DNA of 64,000 nucleotides from Strigamia acuminata (Eukaryota): NCBI GenBank assembly GCA_949358305.1, contig OX442314.1, positions 9,424,001 to 9,488,000 of the forward strand, read 5' to 3'. Shown piece by piece: positions 40,010 to 53,135 of this stretch (position 1 is its first letter; each line of letters starts with the position of its first letter). The notes under the pieces were generated by a model. It saw only the letters and a program-made list of their open reading frames with translations, ran no database searches and was not told where the DNA came from. The position numbers and the translations under genes were made by a program.

Positions 40010-41349
40010 TCGGATTTATTATTTTAATTATTTGTTCATGATTATTATTAATTAATTAATTAATTCTTATTTAATTTAATTTCGTATTTAATTCTCTTTA
40101 AAACTATGCAATTTTTCGCTTTACGGCGATTGGCCGTAAATGACGGAAGCTCTGAGCTGTCATCTGTGATTTTACTTATTCTTTATAAATAATTCCGCTA
40201 GGGAATAGTTTTTAATTTAATTTTGAATTATGTGCTTTAAATTAAACAGGGAATTTGGAATTAAACCATTTGGAACAAAAAATAAAAAAATTTAGAAACA
40301 AAAAAAATCAAAAACAACTTACAAATGCAAAATTTTTAGTTCCGCATGACGCCACTCGTTGGCGCTTTTGAACTGCAAATGGCCGATTCCATTCCCGATG
40401 TCAAGATTTGCCTTTTGAAAATCTAAAGTATTTCTATAATTGCTTTCATTTTTGGTATTTTTTTCTCCTCTCTTGGACCTTGATCTTATAATAAATAACA
40501 AATTAAAATGGACAAGTGGTTTGTTGAATGACAAACTCTGACAATTCCGATCCCAGTTGTCGCCAGGAGATTGAATTTAGTCCCAATTTCTGTCACTCTG
40601 GCGCCACACAACATCTTGGGGATTTGGGAATGTTGCAGTTGGTCTTTCATGATCTCGCTTAACCCTTTCAATATCTGACCATTGTCCACTGGTGCTGTTG
40701 GGTGGATGTTGTTTGGGTTTATTTTACAATCTCAGTACAATCTCAAAACAAAGTGTATTTTCATACAGCAATAGTCAACAGGAATTGCATTGTTCACGAC
40801 TTATGACGTCATTTCCTGCCTCATTCTATTTTTTATCAATATATTTTTGATGGCCAAGAAATGTATTGTTTTTTTTCCTTCAGGATTCTGGGGAAAATTG
40901 TGTTTTCTAAATTTTTTTGAATAAAAAAATACCAAATGTATATGTATATAAAAGAATAAATATTTGTGAATTGGGTTTTAGGCCTAATTCTAAAATCACT
41001 ATCTAAAATGTCTTTCAAGTTAAAATGAATGGAGGAAATTATTGTAATGAACGAAGAGAGTAAAAGTGATTTTTTTTTTAAATTTCCATTTTCATAAATC
41101 TTAATAAAACATTTTTGAAAACTGAATTGCTACTTTGTTTGTAATTATTGTTTTTATTAGGTAAATAATCCAGTTGGATGAACATGAAGATAAGAAATAA
41201 ATAAAAATAATAATCCACTTGACTGCTTAACATTGATGAGAACAAAATTAACATTGGCCATTTTTGTGTCTGTAGGAAGATTATTTTGACAAATTCGGCC
41301 ATTTCTCTTTTGAAATAAAGTCAAAATCTCTTGTTTTTAGGCACAAAAA

Positions 41350-41820
41350 AAAGATATTTTGATGAAATTAGCCTTTTTTGATAAAATTAAGTCTTTTTTA
41401 AATAAAATTAAACCTTTTTTGATAAAAAAAAAAAAAAACCTTTTTTGATAAAAAAAAAACCTTTTTTGATAAAAAAAAAAACCTTTTTTGATAAAATTCA
41501 GCTATTTTTGATATAAATAAGCCCTTTTTGATAAAATTCAACCATTATTGATAAAATTCAACCATTTTTGATAAAATTCAGCCATTTTTGAATGATTAAA
41601 TTCAGCCATTTTTGATGAAATTTATCTATTTCTGAAGAAATTCAGCCAATTTTGATCAAATTCAACCATTTTTGATCAAATTCAACCATTTTTGATCAAA
41701 TTCAACCATTTTTGTTAAAAATCTACAATTTTGATAAAATTTCAGCCATTTTGATAAAATTTTATCCATTTTGATAAAATTAGGCCTTTTTTTGCTAGAA
41801 ATCTCCAAATTTGATTAAAT
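41350..41820. repeat. 20-21-bp tandem array (TTTTTGATAAAATTCAGCCA)
   Basis: Direct periodicity. Confidence 0.88.
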
Positions 41821-42954
41821 TTCAACTATTCCTATACACAAAAATTATAATTCAATAAATTTCATCCATTTGAAAACAGAAAAATTTAAATCAAATCAAA
41901 TCCAGCCATTTTCATACCAAATTTAACCAATTCAATCACCCAATCACCCAATAAAAACAATTAAAAAATCCCATCTACAATCCCCCTAAAAAAAAAAAAA
42001 ATGATTATTTCCACAAAAAAAAATATAATTTTATCAAATTCCCATTTTAATATATAAAAAAAAAAAAAAAAAAAAAACCCTTCATATTAAATCCCTCAAA
42101 ATAATGACCCCCAACTACCCAACTAACCCACCACCTGTAAACCTCACCCAATTTCCCACAATTCCCAAAAACAATAACAAGACAAACCCACATCCTCCAA
42201 ACCTCACAGCTACATATAAAAGGAAACACAAGAGTCTCGAATCACATAAATAGCCCCATAAAACCCCCTGATTTACACCTCAAACCCTCAGGACCCTCTT
42301 TCCTTCATGGAACCCCTTACTTATTAATTAACAGTGTGTGTTGCACGACTCTCGATGGAATTTCCGCAAATTTTCCACCCGCCAACACGAAATTACGCCA
42401 TTTGCCGCCGTGTCATATTTTTCCGCCATGTTGACTTTATTGCGGGACTTAAAGAGTTGAGCCGCGTGCGTCGTTGTAGCGGGGGATTCGCATTGCAAAA
42501 ATCGATAAATCTGAGGGATGAATAGGAGCAAAAACACAAATGGAACCCATTTATTTGGCCCTTAATCATTGATGAGCCAGTTGAACTTTTATTCCTTCTT
42601 CTGACGTCCCGCTGGGAATGTGTGTGCAGTGAAGCCGCTTTTTCTCAATCAAGGCCTCGATCCAGGCGGCGCTTTTCCACTTACACGGAAGAAGACAAAA
42701 AATATAAATATATAAAAAGTGGAGTAAAAGTGTGTGGGTTTTTTTTGTGGTTTTTATGCAATGGGGAAAAAGATGGGGGGTTTGTTTTGGGGGGGTTTTT
42801 ATTCGTTGTTTATTTATTTTGGTTTGGTTTTTATTCGTTGTTTATTCATTTTGGTTTGGTTTTTATTCGTTTTGTTCTGGGTTTTTTGTTGTTTTGCTTT
42901 GGTTGTCACTGGGTTTTCATTGGTTTTTATTGATTTTTCATTGGTTTTAAATTA

Positions 42955-43860
42955 ATTTTTCACTGTTTTTTATTGATTTTTTATTAGTTTTTATTGATTT
43001 TTCACTGGGTTTTATTGATTTTTCACTGATTTCTATAGATTTTTCACTGATTTCTATGGATTTTAATTGATTTTTACTGATTTTTCATTGATTTTCACTG
43101 ATTCTTATTGGTTTTCACTGATTTTTCGTTTCTTTTCGCTGGTTTTCATTAATTTTCACTGATTTTTTCACAATTTTTACTGATTTTCCAAGATTTTTAC
43201 TGATTTTTACTAATTTTTTTCACAATTTTTACTGATTTTCCATGATTTTACTGATTTTTATTGATTTTCACTTGTTTTTTTTTATAATTTTTTACTGATT
43301 TTTTCACAATTTTTACTGATTTTCCATGATTTTTACTGATTTTTTTCACTATTTTTACTGATTTTCCATGATTTTTACTGATTTTCCATAATTTTCACTG
43401 ATTTTTACTGATTTTCATTAATTTTCACTTACCGGTATTATTCGTTAATTTTCACTGATTTACATTAATTTTTACTGATTTTTATTAATCTTCACTGATT
43501 TTCACTTATTATTCATTAATTTTCACTGATTTATCATTAATTTTTACTGATTTTTATTAATCTTCACTGATTTTCACTTATTATTCATTAATTTTCACTG
43601 ATTTATCATTAATCTTCACTGATTTTCATTAATCTTCATTGATTTTCATTAATCTTCACTGATTTTCATTAATCTTCACTGATTTTCATTAATCTTCACT
43701 GATTTTCACCGATTTTTAATGATTTTTACTGATTTTTTTAATGATTTTCATTAATTTTCATTGATTGTCATTAATTTTCATTGATTGTCATTAATTTTCA
43801 TTGATTGTCATTAATTTTCATTGATTTCCAATATTGTTTTTATTGATTTCTATTGATATT
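42955..43860. repeat. 10/20/21-bp tandem array (TTTTCACTGA / GATTTTCATTAATCTTCACT)
   Basis: Direct periodicity. Confidence 0.88.
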
Positions 43861-44619
43861 TCCACTGAACGAACGACTCTTGATAACGCCACCAAATCAA
43901 TTAATCAACAGTAATTAATCAATCATTCCCTCCAATTTAAAAAAAAAAAATAACAAATAAAAAGATGAAAAATTTGCCATTTTTGTTTGCAAAAGGGCAA
44001 GAAAAGACAAACGATGCAGCGAATTCATTTCCCAAAGTGGATTTTGACCTTTATCATCAACTAGCTGTCCACTGATGGGTCCACTGACCAGATCAACTGA
44101 TGCATCAACGTCATTTTGTCGTCCCTTAAGTTCACAATCGCCTTACACACTCTTTCGGTCATTTCTACTTGAACGAACGAGCGCAGGAAAAAGGTATACG
44201 CGAGTTTATATAGAATTTTTTCTATTTATTTTTATTTTTTAATGCGCACCATCTTGTGTCATAAAGATAAACCAATTTCAGGGTGGATATTTATTAATAG
44301 CTCTTTACCCACCCCCCCTTTCCTCAATATGTCCTGCGGGGGTAAACCTTAAACCGCGTTTTGAAATTTTTATTACGCGCCCGCTCATACATTTCAATGA
44401 GCATGTCACTTGTGGAATCGCAGTGGATTATGGGATTTTGTAAGATGTTATTTTTCGGGGGTTTAGGGGGGGGGGGGGGGGGATGAAATCGTTTCTAGCG
44501 GGGAATTTTTTGGTTTTGTATTTTTTTTTTTGCGATTAAGAAATTAAGGTAATTAGTGATGATTTGGTGTTTTTGATGTTTGAGTGAAAAACAGGAAATT
44601 TTCGGGTGAAAACATCAAT

Positions 44620-45290
44620 TTTTATAATAAAAAAAATAGCCATTTTTATACAAAAAAAGAATTTTTTATACAAAAAAAAGCATTTTTTATACAAAAAAAG
44701 CATTTTTTATACAAAAAAAGCATTTTTTATATTAAAAACAGCAATTTTTGTACGAAAAACAGCAATTTTTATACGAAAAACAGCAATTTTTATACGAAAA
44801 ACAGCTATTTTAATACGAAAAACAGCAATTTTAATACAAAAAATAGCAAATTTTGGGTAAAAAAACAGCAATTTTGTGTGAAAATCACTAATTTTTGGGT
44901 AAAAAACAGCAATATTTGCGTAAAAAACAGCAATTTTTGGGTAAAAAACAGCAATTTTTGGGTAAAAAACAGCAATTTTTGGGTAAAAATCACTAATTTT
45001 ATGTGAAAATCAGCAATTTTCATACAAAAATCAGCAATTTTCGTATAAAAATCAGCAACTTTCATATAAAAATCAGCAATTTTCATATAAAAATCAGCAT
45101 TTTTCGTATAAAAATCAGCAACTTTCATATAAAAATCAGCAATTTTCATATAAAAATCAGCAATTTTCGTATAAAAATCAGCAATTTTCGTATAAAAATC
45201 AGCAATTTTCGTATAAAAATCAGCAATTTTCATATAAAAATCAGCAATTTTCATATAAAAATCAGCAATTTTCATATAAAAATCAGCAAA
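44620..45290. repeat. 21-bp tandem array (AAAAATCAGCAATTTTCATAT)
   Basis: Explains the KISNFHI / MKIADFY ORFs. Confidence 0.93.
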
Positions 45291-46789
45291 ATTTTTATGC
45301 AAAAAAACAATTTCAATGCAAAATACAGCAAATGTTGCATACAAACACTACTCATTACACAAAAAACACCAATTCCACGCACATTTCCACCTAAAAAACT
45401 GCAATTTACGTCTAAAATTAATCGATCATGCTGAAGAAAACTTCATTACATATCCACAAAATCTCCAATTCTAATCAAAAATCCCAAAACAACACTTTAC
45501 TCCAACAATCCTAATTCTTTTCACAACTAAAATAAAAAAAATATAAATTTTACAATTTCACAGCAAATACAACAAAAACACACACAAAACCACCAAACTC
45601 AAAACCCCAAACCATACAAAACTTCCCCAATCTCCAATTACCCCTAAAGAACAACCCAAAACTTTTTAATTCCCCTCTTTAACATCATCTCATTACCAAA
45701 AGCGACTTTTCCCTTTCCTTATCCCCTCACCCCCATAAAATAAAAAAATAAAACAAAATGACCCCCTCGACATTTTATCCCACTCGCTAATTTTATTACA
45801 ACAACAAAAAAATTCCAAAAACTTTACGAACCAGACGCAAAAAACCCACGCAAATGAATAATCCTTTTATTACCAAAAATATTAAAACCAAAAACCAAAC
45901 CACGCACCACAACACAACCCCATCGAATCGAATTCGGGCCTATTCGCGGAACCGGTGCCGCCATCTGGCGATGGTTCGCGTCGCCCACAAAACCCGTGCA
46001 GGCGCTCCAACTTCTCGGAAAAGATGTTCCTTTCATAAATCCACGAGAATTGAACCTCGTTACACCAAACTCAATCCCCGGATCAAACTGATGCACGGAT
46101 TTTTATGATCTCACTTGTGGTTTGGCGGTTATGGGCGCGAATTTGCGCCACATGGCGGCGTTGGTTGCTGGCATGTTATGAAATTTGAAGCGTGCTTCGT
46201 AACGAGGCTCGTTATATGCATCCACAATGAAAATAATAAAAGGAAATTACGGCGACTTCTCCTATATGTGTTTTTTGCTCGTTCAAACTCGTCCCTGTCG
46301 TCGTGCCCGAGTGTAATTGGGAGGGAATACATTTTTAGGCTTAAAGAGGCCATTTTGGAATGTTTTGTTGGGTTTGTTTGGGGTTTTTGTAATTGATTAA
46401 TATAATTTTCGGGAAAAAACCGTTGGGAATGATTAGGTTTGGGTTTGATGGCGTCGGGGTGGGGTGTGTGAGGTATATAAAAGTTGATAACCCTCGTTGT
46501 AGTGAAAATTTGGAAATTGAGGTATCAATAATTGATGTTGGTTGGTTGGTGAAAAATTGATTCGGTTTGCATTGTTGGTGGTGTGTTGGTGGTGGATGAA
46601 AATTTAAAATGGAAAGAGATTTATGTTTAATTGGAGAAAGTTTGATATATTGTGTGGATATTTTTTTGTGAAATATTTGTTAGTCAGGATTTTCAAAATC
46701 CATCTAAGATTGAATGCTAAATGTTTAGACAATTTGAATAAAACTGTAACCGATTGAGGTTGCATTTAGAGAATTTTGAATATATTCAG

Positions 46790-47237
46790 GCATTTTGGAG
46801 AAAATTTAGGTATTTTGGAGGAAATTTAGGTATTTTGGACAAAATTTAGGTATTTTGCACAAATTTTAGGTATTTTGCACAAAATTTAGGTATTTTGCAC
46901 AAAATTTAGGTATTTTGCACAAAATTTAGGTATTTTGCACAAAATTTAGGTATTTTGGAGGAAATTTAGGTATTTTGGACAAAATTTAGGTATTTTGGAC
47001 AAAATTTAGGTATTTTGGACAAAATTTAGGTATTTTGCACAAAATTTAGGTATTTTGGACAAAATTTAGGCATTTTGCACAAAATTTAGGCATTTTGCAC
47101 AAAATTTAGGCATTTTGCACAAAATTTAGGCATTTTGCACAAAATTTAGGCATTTTGCACAAAATTTAGGCATTTTGCACAAAATTTAGGTATTTTGCAC
47201 AAAATTTAGGCATTTTGCACAAAATTTAGGCATTTTG
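46790..47237. repeat. 20-bp minisatellite (AAAATTTAGGCATTTTGCAC)
   Basis: About 22 units. Confidence 0.96.
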
Positions 47238-47795
47238 TTTAATGTTTGTCATTTTTAATACAACTTGAACAATAACTTGACTAATTTGAACAAGATTAGA
47301 CAACATTTCGACAAAACCAGACAACATTTTGAAACAATTTAACATTCTCTAAATACTCCTCAATCCCATCAATCATCCCATAACAATCCACAAGCATTCA
47401 TCAAAAAAAAAAAATTAATCTTTAATTCATTAAAAACAAATATTAATCTTCAATTCATTAAAAAAAATTAATCTTCACTTCATTAAAAAAAAAATCAAAT
47501 CACCACCATTAATCCCAACCAAATAAGAAAAATCACATTTTTAATGACGCTTCATACCATCCCAATCCAAATTTACATCTCTTTCCACACCACTTCTCCA
47601 CCAAACGAAATAAACGCAAAAGAAGACTCATAAACATCCTAATTGACACATATCCATCCAAATTACAAGTCGCATCGTCTCCCATCACAAATGACTCATC
47701 CAAACCAACTTTTTCCCTCTTAATTGCAAATTAAAACAAAAATAAAACACAAAACCACTTCCTCTACAAACTTCACAAATAAAAAATAATTATTC

Positions 47796-47829
<34 letters not shown>

Positions 47830-49327
47830 CGATGCCCCCCCATCATCCCTTGTTCTATCCCCCAGCATCATCAGCATCCTGACTAGGTGTATTCATCCCG
47901 CAGTTTATTATCAAGAGAGACGGAGGGGGAAGTTTGTGGAAAAAAAAGGAAAGGGATGTTTTGTGGCGGGAATTGACAAGGGAAGAATCTAATTGGACGC
48001 CAAAGACCCTTCCCCCCGCTTTATTTGTGGGAAAATTTAATTTGCTAATAGGCCAGAAGTTTTGTGTAATGGAGTCTGTCAATGTAATCTCCCATTTCGG
48101 ATTTACATCACGTTTACCTTGTTATTTTCCCTTTTTATTTTCATCGCGTTTTATCTCGTTTTTTTGTTGTTTTATTGATCACGTGGGTTGTTTGATGTAT
48201 GTTGGCACGTGGATTACACCTGAGTCGAGTGTATAAACACCTGTTAAAGAAGCGGAAGTAGATTTTTTTTTTTTTTTAATTTTAATTTTTTTTAATTTTG
48301 AAAAAAATGTTAAATTTGGTTTTTATTTCGTGTTAATTTTGTGAGTTTTTTTATATTTTTTTTTATGATGATTTCATCAACGGGTGTTGGTTTCCCAGTA
48401 TTGGGAAATCAATTTCTTTATAAGGGGAGTCATAACTGGACGTACGTATGGTCTCAGATTGGTGCTTTGTGTTGTTTTATTTCTTCGAGTGCTGTAGTGT
48501 GTGGATTTCGCACGAAAAACTATAGAAATGATAATAATGAGGACGGGAAAAGCTCCGCTCGAAAGTGGACTTCTCTGCGCAATTTGATCGGGAGGATTTT
48601 ATTTTTCACGCTCGGTTGACGGATTGTGAATTAATCATCGCTGTAGTCGTTTTTTGATTTTTGATTTTCTTTATCGATTTTTATCCGATTTTTTTTAATT
48701 CGATATAAAAGTATCGATATTGGGGTTTTTTGTTGTAGTTTTCGTTGTAGTTTTCGACCTAAAAAAAACAAAAATTCAAGAATTTAATTACCAGAAAGTT
48801 GTTTTCTCTATGGGGCCCCTTTCTTACATCCAAATTCAATTCGAGGCCCATTTAAAAATAAATTTCCAAAAAAAAAAATTTGATTTAAATTTTTTTTCCA
48901 AAATTTTTTTTTTATTCCAAATTTTTATTCCAAATTTTTTTTTTTTATTCCAAATTTTTATTCAAAAATTTTTTTTAAAAAATTTTATGTCAATTTTTTT
49001 TTTCTTTTTACAATTTTATTTCCAAAATTTTGTTTTTCGGAACACTGGGGCCCCGCATCTGCTAGGAGCCCATCACCAATTTTGATTTATAATTTTATTT
49101 CCAAATTTTCTTTTTTTTAAAATTTTATTTCCAAATTTTCTTTTTTTAAAAATTTTATTTCCAAATTTTATTTTTTTAATTTTATTTCCACATTTTTTTT
49201 TTTTTTACAATTTCTTTTACAAATTTTTTCTTTCGAAATTCGGGGCCCCGCATCTGCTAGGGGCCCCTCACCTCCAACAACCACAAAAACCTCAAAACCC
49301 GACCTCGTTTCAACCTCCAAAATTAAT

Positions 49328-49465
49328 GATGTGATATTGAATAAGAACATAGGCCGATGGATCGAAACCATCCTCTGCTACCATTTGATGATGTGATATT
49401 GAATAAGAACAGAGGCCGATGGATCGAAACCATCCTCTGCTACCATTTGATGATGTGATATTGAA
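49328..49465. repeat. 62-bp tandem duplication with internal hairpin
   Basis: GATGTGATATTGAAT starts at 49328, 49390 and 49452; each full unit contains GATGG-ATCGAAA-CCATC. Confidence 0.85.
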
Positions 49466-50664
49466 TGAAACGGGTTTAACACGGTATTGAATTGTGTCTC
49501 AGCTTATATCGAGAGGCAAAAAAGTAAAAGTGAAACAAAACAGGGTAACAACTCCTAATATGGATGAGCATCACCACGTGATACATCAAACATCAAACAT
49601 CATAACAGTAAATGCTTATTTTGACACATGAAAAACTTTCAACAAAACTGCAATAAACACCAGGTATCTTTCCATTTCCACACTTTCATCACATTTCTAC
49701 GAATTTTCCCTATCAACAAATCTCTAACTCCTTCATTAAAATACAATAGGAAACACACCATCACTTCTCCGAACAACTCAGCCCTCCAGGTTGCTTTTCC
49801 ACCCCATTTTTATGCAATTCTGATTGGCCCAAAAAAATATAAATCAAAACAAAAAATAAAAAAAATTCCAATTTTATAAATCAATTGGATAAACAAAAGA
49901 AAATTGGAGTGCACGTCTTAAAAGAAAAGTTATATTCTAATCTAATTTCGAGTGTTTTCTCCCCATTTAATTGAATAATATGAAGCGAGTCTTTGATTAC
50001 TCGCTCGTTGTTTTCATTCACATCTTCTGTGTTCCCAAGATAAGAAAATCATGGCGGCGAATAAAGAAAAACACGAACAGACAAGCGAAGAAAAACCACT
50101 CGACTCTGCGAACCGAAGCAGCTAAAAAAACATATCCGGTTACAACTTATAATATTTATTAGAAAATTCCGCTTTCAGCAGCAAAATTCGAAACTTTTAA
50201 TTCGTCAAATCCAATTCCAAAACTCATAAGTCACAATTATCGCCACCAGGTGGACGAAGCAAACAAATCATGATAAAAGTCGAGTAATTCATCAAAATAA
50301 TTAAATTTTAGAATTATTATAAATTTATTTAGGAGAAAAAAAAATGATAATTAGTGGATAATACCCGGGGCAGCGTTTTAACGGTTTTAACCATTTCGTG
50401 AGCGCGCATGCGCCGTCCACTTAAATCTCCTCCCCAGTGACCACTGGTCAGTTGCCTGTGGGGGTATTGTGTGCCCATTAACGTGATCAGAGAGAGTTTT
50501 ACAACTGGAGAATTATATAAAGGTTGTTGATCGTTAATTTTAGAATAAACCACGTGGTTTCGATTTAACCTTAAATCGATGGGCGAATAAATCTCGTGGC
50601 TTTACGAGTCCGTTAGATAAGTGTGGAACAATTATGCAAATTGGATTCGTTTAAAATGAGCAAA

Positions 50665-51076
50665 CTACCGAAAATGATAGAAAAATACCGAAAATGATAG
50701 AAAAATACCGAAAATGATAGAAAAATACCGAAAATGATAGAAAAATACCGAAAATGATAGAAAAATACCGAAAATGATAGAAAAATACCGAAAATGATAA
50801 AAAAATACCGAAAATGATAGAAAAATACCGAAAATGATAGAAAAATACCGAAAATGATAGAAAAATACCGAAAATGATAGAAAAATACCGAAAATGATAG
50901 AAAAATACCGAAAATGATAGAAAAATACCGAATATGATAGAAAAATACCGAAAATGATAGAAAAATACCGAAAATGATAGAAAAATACCGAAAATGATAG
51001 AAAAATACCGAAAATGATAGAAAAATACCGAAAATGATAGAAAAATACCGAAAATGATAGAAAAAATACCGAAAAT
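50665..51076. repeat. 20-bp minisatellite (AAAATGATAGAAAAATACCG)
   Basis: About 20 near-perfect units immediately upstream of peptide gene copy 1. Confidence 0.97.
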
Positions 51077-51250
51077 AACCCAAAAATAATGCACATATCG
51101 GATTTTTTTACAGTCAGCAATCAATACATTTCAATTACCAACTCTAATATTAAACTTTACAATATCTCATAAAATCAATTGAATAGAATCAACTAAACTC
51201 TATTCATATTTCACACAAACGCATTAAATTTAATTACGACGCTCTCTCTC

Positions 51251-51307
51251 CATAAATACCGTACCGCAAACTACGGCAGTCACATCCGGAAAGAAAATCT
51301 TGAGTCA
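51251..51307 (+). promoter_or_regulatory. Core promoter of peptide gene 1 (CATAAATA TATA-like box, CAGTC Inr-like, TGAGTCA AP-1-type site)
   Basis: The TATA-like and Inr-like arrangement is conserved before all three ATGs. Copy 3 has CATAAATA at 57754 and TCAGTC at 57779, but its AP-1-type site reads CGAGTCA. Confidence 0.6.
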
Positions 51308-51327
51308 ACGTTTCTCTACGGCCCAAA

Positions 51328-51639
51328 ATGAAATATTTAACCATCTTGTTCCTTGTAGTTCTGTGCTGCATAGTTACCGGTGAGTTATATTTTGCACAAA
51401 AAGAATTAATCCATTACTGAGTTGAATTATTTATACTCTGCTTAGAAGTGACGGCTTACACAAAAATAGGCTGTGAGATTGAGAGATGCAAAAAGTATTG
51501 CGGCCTGAAAAAGAAGGGTCTTGGCGCTAAATGTGACGAAGAAGGTACATGCGTGTGCGCCCACTTATGCGATGGGCCGAAAAAGGATCCAAAGTGTCAC
51601 GAACACAAGACGACCGTGGAACCACCACCAGACCCGTAA
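51328..51639 (+). CDS. Secreted 8-Cys CS-alpha-beta (defensin/short-toxin-like) peptide, copy 1, 81 aa (exons 51328-51379, 51446-51639)
   Basis: MKYLTILFLVVLCCIVTEVTA-YTKIGCEIERCKKYCGLKKKGLGAKCDEEGTCVCAHLCDGPKKDPKCHEHKTTVEPPPDP. Hydrophobic signal peptide, 66-nt GT..AG phase-1 intron, CxxxC and CxC motifs, AATAAA at 51691, two paralogues nearby. Confidence 0.9.
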
Positions 51640-51949
51640 AAGTAAAAATGTAAACAATTTGAAAAATCAATGAAAATTTGTTCTAGATGAAATAAAATTT
51701 AAAAAATGATTACGGAGTTGTTTTCAAGTTTGATTCATTTACTTTGTGGCACAACGTTGTTGGAGTTTGTGGATTAAAAGGATGAGAAACAATGTATTCC
51801 CTGCCCGTGGTGGAAAAGACGCCATCTTTAAGGCATTTTCTGACACTAGTTCACATGTTTGCCATGAGGCCGCAACGATCGTACGGGATATGCGATCTGC
51901 GTTATATTTCTTCCAAGTGAATTAGTATTTTTAAAGTTTGGAAAAATTT

Positions 51950-52825
51950 TAGAAAAAATTGATTAAAATCATAGGAATGTTAGAAAAAAACGATTCAAAT
52001 CATAGGAATGTTGGAAAAAATCGATTCAAATCAGAAACGTTGGAAAAAATCGATTAAAATCATAGAAATGGTGGAAAAAATCGATTAAAATCATAGAAAT
52101 GTTGGAAAAAATCGATTAATATCATAGAAATGTTTGAAAAAATCGATTAAAATCATAGGAATGTTGGAAAAAAACGATTCAAATCATACAAATGGTGGAA
52201 AAAATCGATTAAAATCATAGAAACGTTGGAAAAAATCGATTAAAATCATAGGAATGTTGGAAAAAAACGATTCAAATCATACAAATGGTGGAAAAAATCG
52301 ATTAAAATCATAGAAACGTTGGAAAAAATCGATTAAAATCATAGAAATGGTGGAAAAAATCGATTAAAATCATAGAAATGTTTGAAAAAATTGATTAAAA
52401 TCATAGGAATGTTGGAAAAAAACGATTCAAATCATACAAATGGTGGAAAAAATCGATTAAAATCATAGAAACGTTGGAAAAAATCGATTAAAATCATAGA
52501 AATGGTGGAAAAAATCGATTAAAATCATAGAAATGTTGGAAAAAATCGATTAATATCATAGAAATGTTTGAAAAAATCGATTAAAATCATTGAAATTTTT
52601 GAAAAATTGATTAAAATCAGAAAAATCACTTTTTTCAGCCAAAAAAAAACTTTTTCAGCCAGAAAATCACTTTTTTTAAGCTAAAAAATCACTTTTAGCA
52701 GGCATAAAATCACTTTTTTCAGCTTGAAAATCACTTTTTTCAGCTTGAAAATCACTTTTTTCAGCCAAAAAAATCACTTTATTCAGCAAAAAAATCACTT
52801 TTTTCAGCAAAAAAAAATCACTTTT
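51950..52825. repeat. 31-bp (AAAATCATAGAAATGTTGGAAAAAATCGATT) then 21-bp (AAAATCACTTTTTTCAGCCAA) arrays
   Basis: Homologous arrays follow each peptide gene (55170-55548, 59100-59560). Confidence 0.9.
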
Positions 52826-53135
52826 AAAACCGTCAACCGGATCTAGAGAAGATCGAGGTCAAACATGATTTTATTGTACATTCTTATTGCTATTTAACAT
52901 GTATTTTAACAGTCAGAGCAATCAATTCATTTCAATTATTAACTCAAATATTAAACCTTACAGTATCTCATAAAATCAATGGAATAAAATCAACTAAACT
53001 CCCTTCATATTTCATACAAACCCATTAAATTCAATTACGACACTCTCCATAAATACCGTACCGCAACTACGGCAGTCACATCCGGCAAAGAAAATCTTGA
53101 GTCAACGTTTCTCTACCGCCCAAAATGAAATATTT

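Noticed and set aside
47799..47827. Long homopolymers (A at 10089 and 47799, T at 26157, G at 44466 and 60428) as retroposon tails
   Set aside because: No adjacent SINE/LINE body or TSD identified.
2803..51076. Short direct-repeat arrays as CRISPR
   Set aside because: No unique spacers, no cas genes, eukaryotic context.
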